A DNA stretch of 64,000 bases. It comes from Bdellovibrionales bacterium. GTDB lineage: Bacteria > Bdellovibrionota > Bdellovibrionia > Bdellovibrionales > JAUICD01. Shown here in pieces: positions 56,010 to 64,000 of the stretch. The stretch covers positions 96,001 to 160,000 of the forward strand of contig CBDANC010000013.1 of the NCBI GenBank assembly GCA_965197425.1, in the 5' to 3' direction. Both the position numbers and the translations under genes were made by a program. Numbering within the stretch: the first letter of the stretch is position 1; every line of letters begins with the position of its first letter. The notes under the pieces are model-generated. The model made no database searches. It saw only the letters and a list, made by a program, of their open reading frames with translations, and was not told the origin of the DNA.

Positions 56010-57149
56010 TTGAGTAAAAACAAAAGGAAGCCAGAAATGGGAATTATTAAATTACTAGTTTGTTTATTAGGTTTAACTCATGCTGCGCTGTTTACACAAC
56101 ATGCCTATGCACAAAAAACAATGGTATTGCACGACAAATCGGAGCCAATATTACAAAAGAGAGAAAAGCAACGAGGTCCCAGGAACCCATCATTACGATG
56201 GTTACGTGTTATGGATGGATTTGATTGTAGATCTTTAGTAGTTCTTAGTAACGCTACTGAGATAGAGCCTTATGCTTACTGCGAAGATAAACCTTACCTT
56301 GTTTACAAATACACTACTATTTTGAACTACAGGGGCGTTCCAGTGCAAATAGGTGGAGCTGTACGATTAGCAGACGACATAATAAAAAGTGTTATATTGT
56401 ACGAACTTGCAAATAATTTACAACATTACAACAAAAAAAAGAAGTGTGATGATTCACATGGTGAAGCTTTTAAATGCGGTTTTAATGCTGTTGCATCTTT
56501 TCCATTTAAACTTTTAGGAGCTGTATTATCTCTTGGCGCTTATGATCCTTTTCCATATGTTGAAGAAGAAAGTGGTTTCATCAATTCTTATTTTTCCGAA
56601 CGAATTTTGGAAGTAATGAAAGCTCTTGCTCCTCATTTTAACGAAGATCATAAGGATTTTGTATGGGCAGATATAGGTACTAAATGTTTTAAAGATGGAG
56701 TTTGTGATGGGGAATTTGGAACCAATGCTCGTGGTAGTTGCGTCCATGCAGATGCTAAAAAGTATTTTTTGGAAGCAACTGAACAATTAAGGCAAGATGA
56801 AAAATTTTTAAAAGAGGCTATTGAGAGTCCTTTTTTTGATGTGGTTGGACTGAATAAGGCAGGACTTAGCACGCTTTCTAAACTTGATAGACAATTAGAA
56901 GATGAAAATGCAAAACTAACACCACAACAAAAATTTGAAAATTGTATGCGTAAAGCACAACCTTATATCGACAAAGGCGGAGATGTTGAATGGGTTAAGC
57001 AACAATGTAAAATGACCCCAGGAAAAATATTAGCTGGTGTAGGTGCTATTACAATTCCAGCAGCAGTAGCTACCGTCAACCCTGCAGCTGGAATAATTGT
57101 TGGTGTAGGTGTAGGCTTGTTTTATATAACTTTTAAATGGACATTTTAA
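56010..57149 (+). CDS. Hypothetical exported Cys-rich protein with C-terminal hydrophobic hairpin
   Basis: Signal peptide AYA, several Cys pairs, Gly/Ala-rich double hydrophobic segment at C-terminus. Confidence 0.85.
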   Translation: MSKNKRKPEMGIIKLLVCLLGLTHAALFTQHAYAQKTMVLHDKSEPILQKREKQRGPRNPSLRWLRVMDGFDCRSLVVLSNATEIEPYAYCEDKPYLVYKYTTILNYRGVPVQIGGAVRLADDIIKSVILYELANNLQHYNKKKKCDDSHGEAFKCGFNAVASFPFKLLGAVLSLGAYDPFPYVEEESGFINSYFSERILEVMKALAPHFNEDHKDFVWADIGTKCFKDGVCDGEFGTNARGSCVHADAKKYFLEATEQLRQDEKFLKEAIESPFFDVVGLNKAGLSTLSKLDRQLEDENAKLTPQQKFENCMRKAQPYIDKGGDVEWVKQQCKMTPGKILAGVGAITIPAAVATVNPAAGIIVGVGVGLFYITFKWTF

Positions 57150-57231
57150 TGAACAATTGCTTAAATCGATATACCTTAGGCTAAAAGTAAAATAGCTACA
57201 TAAAGTTGTTAGAGTTTTTTAGGAGGTAAGT

Positions 57232-57387
57232 TTGAATAAAGACAAAAAGAAACGGATAAGAAAAATTCTCAAATTACTAACTTATTTATTGTGTTTAACT
57301 TACGCTATACTGTTTTTGCGATACATCTATGCACAAGAAGTAGTGGTATTGCACCATGAACCAGAACCAATGGTGTTACAGAAATAG
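57232..57387 (+). pseudogene. Orphan 5' fragment (signal peptide region) of a 56010 paralogue
   Basis: AGGAGG RBS, TTG start, KLLTYLLCLTYAILF..YAQEVVVLHHEPEP.LQK* versus KLLVCLLGLTHAALF..YAQKTMVLHDKSEPILQK. Confidence 0.85.
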
Positions 57388-57414
57388 TGTAACACACCCC
57401 AAAGCTACTGATAC

Positions 57415-58725
57415 TTAGGTTTCGACGATATCAAAATATAGCAAGTTATATATCCTTCTTTGGTACCCTCGTATGCCTCTCTCAGATTCGCTAGTTATCA
57501 TTTGAAATGGATACAAACCATCATCATTCTTGATTTTATGATTAGCACCCTCTTTGAGAAGTAGTTTAACTGCTGAAAATACACCCTTGGAAGTGCCGGT
57601 GGCAGCAGCAAAGTGAAGTGGGGTATTTCCTCCCTTACCTCTAGCATTCAATGTAGCTCTTCCTTTAATTAATTCCTTTACCACCAATTCTGCTTTTACA
57701 ATGTTAGGATTAACCGCCAAGTGCAGAGGAGTATTTCCATCTTTGTCTACACTATTAACTACAATTCTGGCATCAACAAGGTATTTTATAATATTAGTTG
57801 AAACAATAACTCCCCACTCACTTAAAGATCTTAATTCATTGATCAGTATATGTAATAAACTATTTCCATCTTTGTCTTTAAAATTTACATCTGCTCCTGC
57901 ATCTATCAGTGTTCTTACTAGTCTTGATACATCACGATAGTTACTTGGATTAAGCTCAGATATAGCCATGCTAAGAGGAGTGTGACCATCTACAGCTACA
58001 GTATCTATAAAAACTCCTGTTTCAATAAGTTTCTCTACAAATGATAAAGAATACCTCTTACTTAAGTTTTTGACTGCTAAATGTAAGGGCGTATAACCCT
58101 CATTATTTTGTGTATTTAGTGCATCTAAACTAGCTATATTTTTAAATAACTTATTAAAGACCACCAAACTATGTCGATTACCAACATTGAGTGCCAATAA
58201 GTGTAACGGTGTATTGCCATCTTTGTTTTGAGCTTTGATGTCTGCTCCAGCATTTAAAATTCCTTCTACCAACATAAAAATAGGATAACGATCAGGTCTT
58301 AGTACAAAATGAAGAGGTGTATTGTCATTTACATCTTTAGCACTTACATCAGCACCATTTTCAATCAGAATTAAAGTAGAAGTTATTCTCCGACACCATG
58401 AAGCCCAGTGCAAAGGAGTGAGTCCCGAATCATCTGGAGCATCTACATCAGCACCATCTTTGATTGCTTTCCGTAACGAACCAAAGCCCATCTTAATAGC
58501 CAACCTATGTAAGTCTGTACCAACAGAAGTCTGATAACTCCTTTGCTCACAATTAAATCCAGATTCAAACAAGTATCTTGATTCTTCAGATGCAACCTTT
58601 CTTAAATTAAAATTTGCATGCCCATTAGTTTTATGGGGTGAGGAGCAAGACATGCAAAAAACAAGCACCATTAGAAAAAAACAAAAAAAATTTCCGTATT
58701 TAATCTTGTACATAGTTCTTAGCAT
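57415..58725 (-). CDS. Ankyrin repeat lipoprotein
   Basis: Lipobox CMSC; many G(N/L/Y)TPLH repeats. Confidence 0.95.
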   Translation of the reverse strand: MLRTMYKIKYGNFFCFFLMVLVFCMSCSSPHKTNGHANFNLRKVASEESRYLFESGFNCEQRSYQTSVGTDLHRLAIKMGFGSLRKAIKDGADVDAPDDSGLTPLHWASWCRRITSTLILIENGADVSAKDVNDNTPLHFVLRPDRYPIFMLVEGILNAGADIKAQNKDGNTPLHLLALNVGNRHSLVVFNKLFKNIASLDALNTQNNEGYTPLHLAVKNLSKRYSLSFVEKLIETGVFIDTVAVDGHTPLSMAISELNPSNYRDVSRLVRTLIDAGADVNFKDKDGNSLLHILINELRSLSEWGVIVSTNIIKYLVDARIVVNSVDKDGNTPLHLAVNPNIVKAELVVKELIKGRATLNARGKGGNTPLHFAAATGTSKGVFSAVKLLLKEGANHKIKNDDGLYPFQMITSESERGIRGYQRRIYNLLYFDIVET

Positions 58726-58993
58726 AAATTATTTTGTTCTAATTTTCTTCTAAAAAATTTTATACAAGATTCTAAAATAGTTTAAGTCCAGATCAACTTA
58801 TTAACTCAAATCTGAAAAATTAGAGCATGCCAGATTTTTAATCACCTTCAACTTTTTATGTGAAGTTAAACAAAGAGGCCAGACAAAAAGATCCTTAGAG
58901 TAAAAGGACAAACCAACAAAAAACTTATTAAGTTTACTCTGTTTCGAGAAACAATAGACCAAATGAAAACAACCCATTTATGCCAAATAATAA

Positions 58994-59060
58994 TATTACC
59001 GATCGGGAATTTTATTATAGTTATGGGTTGTTTTTTGCCAAATATTACCGTACGGTAATA
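58994..59060. promoter_or_regulatory. Two operator palindromes upstream of HipB-like gene
   Basis: ATTACCGATCGGGAAT and perfect TATTACCGTACGGTAATA. Confidence 0.75.
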
Positions 59061-59109
59061 CTATATTTGTTTTGTATTTTAAATAGGTTAGGTCTTTTAT
59101 GGTGAAATT

Positions 59110-59340
59110 GTGAGAACAAAGCTATCTATGTCAGAAATTGGCAAGCTTGTGAAGAGTACTAGGGTTAGTCAAGGGCTTACTCAAAAGCAACTGGCTCTGG
59201 CTGGTGGTACTGGAATTCGCTTTATCATAGATCTTGAAAGTGGCAAGCCTACCTGCCAGGCAGAAAAGGTTTTGCATGTATTAAACATGTTGGGTGTAAA
59301 GGTAGAGTTTAATGCTCCTAGAATAAAGGATAACAAGTGA
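59110..59340 (+). CDS. HipB/y4mF-family HTH antitoxin
   Basis: GLTQKQLALAGGTGIRFIIDLESGKPTCQ. Confidence 0.92.
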   Translation: MRTKLSMSEIGKLVKSTRVSQGLTQKQLALAGGTGIRFIIDLESGKPTCQAEKVLHVLNMLGVKVEFNAPRIKDNK

Positions 59341-59465
59341 AAAAAACAAAAAAACTAAATATATTTTTAAATAATGTTTCATTGTTAAAAGATAAGTATG
59401 AGAAAGTGAGTGACTTAGTGAATTTGATAGAAGAAAGGGCGGACATGGTTGGAAATATAATTTAG
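59337..59465 (+). pseudogene. Internally deleted HipA-like toxin remnant
   Basis: GTGA-coupled 42-aa frame MKKTKKLNIFLNN...LVNLIEERADMV*, resembling fused start and end of HipA. Confidence 0.55.
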
Positions 59466-59645
59466 TTTTGGAATTAAGGCAGTTAATTTTCCCAATAATT
59501 ATCAGACGCCACCACCACAGTATCTGGATTTAGACTTTCTATAACTTTCTTAAAAAAATCTAAATAACTACTTATAACAATGGTTTACTCCACAACTTAG
59601 AAAATAGTGACCTTAACTGGAACAAATCAGGTGGGAACTTAGGAA

Positions 59646-60863
59646 TTACTTTAAAAAAAGTTTTTGAAGAGCTTTTTGCCAGTGAAGGCAGGAGATACCT
59701 TGGATACTTTGGGCTTGAGTATCAAGCGACCAAACCTGTGCACTGTGGGGTAAATCCCAATCTGAAGAAAAATGTTTTACGGTTTTAATATGATCTTTTC
59801 TGATTTCGTTAGTAGATTTTATTTCTACAATCAATTCCCTTTTACCAGGTCTTTGTATAATCAGATCCATTTCTAAGCCATTTTTAGTTTTTAGATATGA
59901 AAACTTATAGCGTTTTCTAAAGTAGTGGTTTAACTTAAAACATTCCAGAATAACAAAATGTTCAAAAGCTCTCCCAAAGGAGAAGGTTTTGGGTTTAATG
60001 GGAAGTGTAAGAGTTTCGTCTAATGCTCTAGTAATTCCGGTATCAAATAGATAAAACTTAGGTGCCTTTTGCTGTTGCTTTCTAACAGATCTAGAGTAGG
60101 TGGGTAGGAAAAATCCTATAAGAGTGTCCTCCAAAATCGAAAAATAATTTTGAATAGTTTTATGATCAGATTTTACCTCTCTCGCAAATTTGGAATAATT
60201 GATTGTCTGACCATTTAACTGAGCAGTGATTTCTAAAAAATTTTTAAAAGGTTGTATCTTTCGGACAATCTGCTCTTGAAGAACTTCCTCTTTTAAATAG
60301 TTTTGCACATAACTTTCTAAAAACAATATCTTTTCTTTTTTTGATTTTAATTCTAAAAGTTTTGGAAGTGTTCCAAACTGTAAAGCATTTTTGATGCTAA
60401 ATTTAGATACAAGTTCAAAACAAGAAAATGGGTAAAGGTAGTAAGAAATAGCTCTTCCCGCCAAAAGATTTGCCTGGCCTCTTTTAAGTTTTCTGGCACT
60501 AGAACCTGTCATAATAAATTGTGTTTTTTTATTTTGTTCTATCTCCCTGTGAATAATATCCAGCAGTTTAGGAACTTTCTGAACCTCATCAATGACAACA
60601 AATTTGTACTGGTTTTTAGAAAGGATATTAGATAGCCTGTCGGGATTTTTTAAAAAAGCATTCTCTTGCTTGTAATCCAGAAAATCTATGTATAGCATTT
60701 TCTGAGAAGAGAACAGATGCTTAACCAGAGTTGACTTCCCAGTCCCTCTAGCTCCAAACAAAAACAGGTTTTGTTTAGTTTTTAGATTTTGAAATCTTGA
60801 GATCATACCCCTAAATTTATCGTCTAAATTGGTATTAAAGTCAAGTTTTTTCTCAGTTGACAA
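59646..60863 (-). CDS. AAA family ATPase with DUF4143 (probable start ATG 60806)
   Basis: GARGTGKST, VIDEVQK, TGSSARKL, LLAGRA, PKFYLFDTG, VEIKS. Confidence 0.95.
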   Translation of the reverse strand: MSTEKKLDFNTNLDDKFRGMISRFQNLKTKQNLFLFGARGTGKSTLVKHLFSSQKMLYIDFLDYKQENAFLKNPDRLSNILSKNQYKFVVIDEVQKVPKLLDIIHREIEQNKKTQFIMTGSSARKLKRGQANLLAGRAISYYLYPFSCFELVSKFSIKNALQFGTLPKLLELKSKKEKILFLESYVQNYLKEEVLQEQIVRKIQPFKNFLEITAQLNGQTINYSKFAREVKSDHKTIQNYFSILEDTLIGFFLPTYSRSVRKQQQKAPKFYLFDTGITRALDETLTLPIKPKTFSFGRAFEHFVILECFKLNHYFRKRYKFSYLKTKNGLEMDLIIQRPGKRELIVEIKSTNEIRKDHIKTVKHFSSDWDLPHSAQVWSLDTQAQSIQGISCLHWQKALQKLFLK

Positions 60864-60875
60864 AAATAAGGACAG

Positions 60876-61931
60876 CTAATTTTCCCAGTAATTATCAGAC
60901 ACCGCTAAGCCTTCAGTTAAGTTAACCTTTAATGCTTTAACTGAGTTAATTTCCATACCTGCCATCATTCCTTCAACCAAAATTAAATTGCTAACTGCTG
61001 TATTTACAAATTTACCTCCTCCAAGCTCATCATCAGTTTTGTCAAGTCTTCTCAAAATGCCAGATTTGATTTGCTCCTGGTTGTATTCTTCTAACTCAAG
61101 CTCTTTTGATACAGCGTAATAATGTACTCCTCCTATACCAAGAATTATGGAGTTTTTTAACAAATCTTCCATGTGAGTACGAACATTTTGAGCTTCATCC
61201 TTAGCAATTTCGAAGGCTTCATTATAAATAGATAACGATATAGGATTTGGGGATGATGTCCTGTTTTGTAGTTCAAGAATTTGTTCCATAAATCCAATAG
61301 AAGCCAGCTTACCTTGGTAAACCTTTGTACCGCTCCTGCCATTAGAACAAGTAATCTGAACACTGGAAGCTCCAATATCCCAGACGCACACTTTTTGTTT
61401 CTTCGAAATGCCTTCTTTAGTAATTGCTCCGCGAAAACCAAGTCTAGCTTCTTCATTTTGAGTTACTACTTTTATAGGGATTTTTACTAAGTTAGACAAT
61501 TCATGAGCAGCACTTATTCCATTGTTAGCTAATCTAAAAACAGAGGTAGCCACACCTGCAAACCCAGTTGCTTTACAATTTATTGCTGTATCTTTAAGAT
61601 TTTTTAAAGCAGTTTCACCTTGTTTCAAAATTTCCTGAGGTATAAGGTTTGAATTGGTAAGATTTTTTCTATATTGTACAGGCTCTTCCGCTTCACATTC
61701 TTTATCTTCTATTTGCTCTACGCTATTGGCACATTCATTATAGTGATACACTTTCATTTTTGTACTTCCACTACCCACATCAAATGCTGCACGAATGATA
61801 TTTTTTTTACAAAAACTAAAGTTGGATACTTTAAGTGTTAAGAACACCAAGAAAGGTATAGCAACTAGTATCGCAAAACCAATTTTTTTGTTGTAGGGTA
61901 AGCGTCTGAACATGCTCTCCCAATATAGCAT
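60876..61931 (-). CDS. Ppx/GppA-family phosphatase with N-terminal membrane anchor
   Basis: RAAFDVGSGSTK, ATSVFR, QNEEARLGF, VWDIGASSVQ. Confidence 0.88.
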   Translation of the reverse strand: MLYWESMFRRLPYNKKIGFAILVAIPFLVFLTLKVSNFSFCKKNIIRAAFDVGSGSTKMKVYHYNECANSVEQIEDKECEAEEPVQYRKNLTNSNLIPQEILKQGETALKNLKDTAINCKATGFAGVATSVFRLANNGISAAHELSNLVKIPIKVVTQNEEARLGFRGAITKEGISKKQKVCVWDIGASSVQITCSNGRSGTKVYQGKLASIGFMEQILELQNRTSSPNPISLSIYNEAFEIAKDEAQNVRTHMEDLLKNSIILGIGGVHYYAVSKELELEEYNQEQIKSGILRRLDKTDDELGGGKFVNTAVSNLILVEGMMAGMEINSVKALKVNLTEGLAVSDNYWEN

Positions 61932-62136
61932 GTTACTTTTGGTAAGTTAAAAACATATTTTTTAATTATCCAAAAATTAACAAGATAAAAGCGGATCAAA
62001 CAAACAGGAAGATTCTCAAGTAGCCAAAAGAACCATTCAAAAGGACGAAGGATTGGATGGACAAAAAGATCCTTATAACAGAGCAAAAATTTTGGTTATT
62101 CTGTTTTGAGAAACAATAAGTTGGGGCAGAAATCTG

Positions 62137-62556
62137 CTACCCTCCTTTAGCTAAGACATAGTAAAAGCCTAAAGCACATAAAAGGCCAAAGGTTGAACCA
62201 CTGAGTGCGCAGAGGATGATACCAGAAGCTCTGCTTTTGCTTCTCTTGCCAAGCCAAAAGAAAAAAAATGGCATAAAAAAGGGAGTAATTACTAAGACGC
62301 AGAGAATTGCAATAGCTATAGCAACCGCAGGGAACAAAAAAGATGCCATAAGCACGCCAGCCCAATAGAAAAGAAATAATCCAACCACATCCATTGATTC
62401 ACTATTAGTGCCTGGGGGCTCATGGAAGAGCAGATAAATAAAAAACAGAGTACCTGCTAAAAAGTAAGAAATAGTAAGTGCAATCAAGAGTTCTTTTTTA
62501 GTAGATCTAAAAATAGACTTCCATCTGATATCAACAATGTCCAGAAACTCTAGCAT
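62137..62556 (-). CDS. Hypothetical membrane protein
   Basis: Several hydrophobic helices; AGGAG RBS. Confidence 0.7.
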   Translation of the reverse strand: MLEFLDIVDIRWKSIFRSTKKELLIALTISYFLAGTLFFIYLLFHEPPGTNSESMDVVGLFLFYWAGVLMASFLFPAVAIAIAILCVLVITPFFMPFFFFWLGKRSKSRASGIILCALSGSTFGLLCALGFYYVLAKGG

Positions 62557-62785
62557 TATCTCCTACCCTATTTATTTTTATGTACTGCTCTTTGTTTTTT
62601 ACCTTAAATAGTATAGCACATCACTTAACAACTGAATCATCTTTTCTGTAGTGGAAACTAAAAAAAACTTTTCTCATGCGAGTGTAATTATACTAAAGTC
62701 AAAGAATTTACAAATGTAAAATCAAAGTCTCAAATACATATTTAATTTGACTAAAAACTAATATGAAGCTTAAAGGAATGGTGTA

Positions 62786-63073
62786 TTATGATGCATCGAT
62801 AAGTATACGGTGAAATCTATCTAATTCTGTTTTAACTCTTTTCTCAACATGATCATTTTCATAATTAACAAATTTTATAGTTGATAGATCTATGTTGTGC
62901 TTGTGAAAAGTTATAAGCAGTTCCGAAATAAAGGATTGTGCCATTGATTCAACGCCATCAAGATTAACATTAATATTATCACTAGGGTTGGGTTGAATTT
63001 CTTCTACAGCTTCAAAGGCTCTGCTTCTGCCAGACAGGAATCTTCCGATTTTTCCTAGTTCTATTGTTTTCAT
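62786..63073 (-). CDS. STAS-like (DUF4325-type) protein
   Basis: FLSGRSRA, VNLDGVESMAQSFISEL. Confidence 0.75.
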   Translation of the reverse strand: MKTIELGKIGRFLSGRSRAFEAVEEIQPNPSDNINVNLDGVESMAQSFISELLITFHKHNIDLSTIKFVNYENDHVEKRVKTELDRFHRILIDAS

Positions 63074-63117
63074 TTAACAGGAACCTCTATCTCGAATAAT
63101 ACACCACACACCGTATC
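63070..63117 (-). pseudogene. 3' remnant of a probable HATPase-like gene formerly coupled to the STAS-like gene
   Basis: CGVLFEIEVPVK* ends in ATGA overlap with the 63073 start. Confidence 0.45.
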
Positions 63118-63936
63118 TCAGAAAAGTTTTTGTTGCTTTTGAACAGGTGGATAAAAAACCCCAACAATAACAAATGGATTAGGAGCTATATTGTGAAATT
63201 TTAATGTTGTCCCAAGGAAAAAGTGAATATCTTTTTTAGCGATCTCTAAGCACTTGTCCTTTACTTTTTCTACAGCTATTTTCTCTGGATATTTTTTGAG
63301 GCAATTCCAATATAATGCTCCGATTTCCCAATCTTCAATCATTAAAGTAGATTTTTTATTTTTATCATCTCTAAAAATATATGAAAATTTATATGGAAGT
63401 TTTTTAACAATTTTGAAAATTTCGTGAGGTTTATCTGATTTAAATAGATCAATTTGTTTAGCTCGGTTTGCTATCGCTTTTAATTTTTTAGGATCCCAAT
63501 CTCTATCTTTTTCTACTTCGCATTTAATACCTATAATCTCTTTTGGTTTAAAAATAGCTAAGGATGTATATTTTTTTTTATTTTTTGCATCAGATATTAA
63601 ATTTTTCAAATTTTTATAAACTTTTGTTTTAGATAAAATGTCCCTTCTTCTATCCCAGCTTTTTACAAAATCTTTGGTTACTATAGATTTCCCCCTATTT
63701 ATTGGATTATAACTTTCTGGCCTAAAGTCCTTTTTGTTTTTAATAAGATCAGCTTCAATCCATTGGTACTTTTTGTATTGCTTTTCATATTTGAGCTTTC
63801 TAAAAGGAACAGGATAAATTCTAATCCACTCACCTTTTTCTGTAATACCTGCTGTACAAACTAATTCATCATATTTTGCAGATAATGTAGGATAGGCCTT
63901 TACAGTAATAAATACTCTTAGTTTTTTCGGTTTCAT
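63118..63936 (-). CDS. Conserved DUF488-associated hypothetical protein (possible OB-fold)
   Basis: ITVKAYP..KYDELVCTAG..WIRIYP, DFRPESY, IEDWEIGALY, FFLGT, FVIVGVFYPP. Confidence 0.8.
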   Translation of the reverse strand: MKPKKLRVFITVKAYPTLSAKYDELVCTAGITEKGEWIRIYPVPFRKLKYEKQYKKYQWIEADLIKNKKDFRPESYNPINRGKSIVTKDFVKSWDRRRDILSKTKVYKNLKNLISDAKNKKKYTSLAIFKPKEIIGIKCEVEKDRDWDPKKLKAIANRAKQIDLFKSDKPHEIFKIVKKLPYKFSYIFRDDKNKKSTLMIEDWEIGALYWNCLKKYPEKIAVEKVKDKCLEIAKKDIHFFLGTTLKFHNIAPNPFVIVGVFYPPVQKQQKLF

Positions 63937-64000
63937 ATATGTTCAATTAAGATTTTGGGGAATCTTCTCTTTAACTCAGAAGAAACACAATGCCTGTGGC
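63933..64000 (-). CDS. DUF488 family protein, 3' end (runs in from beyond window)
   Basis: Manual translation (C)HRHCVSSELKRRFPKILIEHI*; CHR..HI C-terminus, ATGA overlap with 63936. Confidence 0.7.
   Translation of the reverse strand, partial: HRHCVSSELKRRFPKILIEHI

Overview
AT-rich bacterial chromosome segment; 16S signatures and gene content point to Bdellovibrionota (Bdellovibrionales-like; inferred, not searched). Core genes (dnaE 5' end, guaA, guaB, miaB, rpsI, rplM, ybeY, mazG-like, rhomboid, rpsT, murJ, osmoprotectant ABC transporter, holA, class V aminotransferase, serA-like dehydrogenase, Ppx/GppA) are interleaved with many accessory genes: nine mostly exported ankyrin-repeat proteins, a Sel1/Hcp-like protein, a metzincin, toxin-antitoxin modules (BrnTA, RelBE-like, HipBA, orphan HipB), an Rpn nuclease, a CBASS (patatin + CD-NTase with a decayed third gene) and the end of a DUF488 operon. 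Main unusual points: (1) the rRNA operon is split, with 16S-tRNA-Ile and 23S-5S separated by about 6.7 kb of protein genes bracketed by two TA modules, and each half has its own promoter and processing stem; (2) accessory genes are repeatedly flanked by short, diverged but in-frame copies of neighbouring gene ends, suggesting a recurrent integrase-free gene capture/replacement process; (3) two inverted type IV pilin paralogues with a homogenised block flank rpsT-murJ, a possible invertible switch; (4) unrelated exported proteins share short N-terminal motifs (C-x-x-[SA]-L and R-x-V-A-S) that may be sorting signals.
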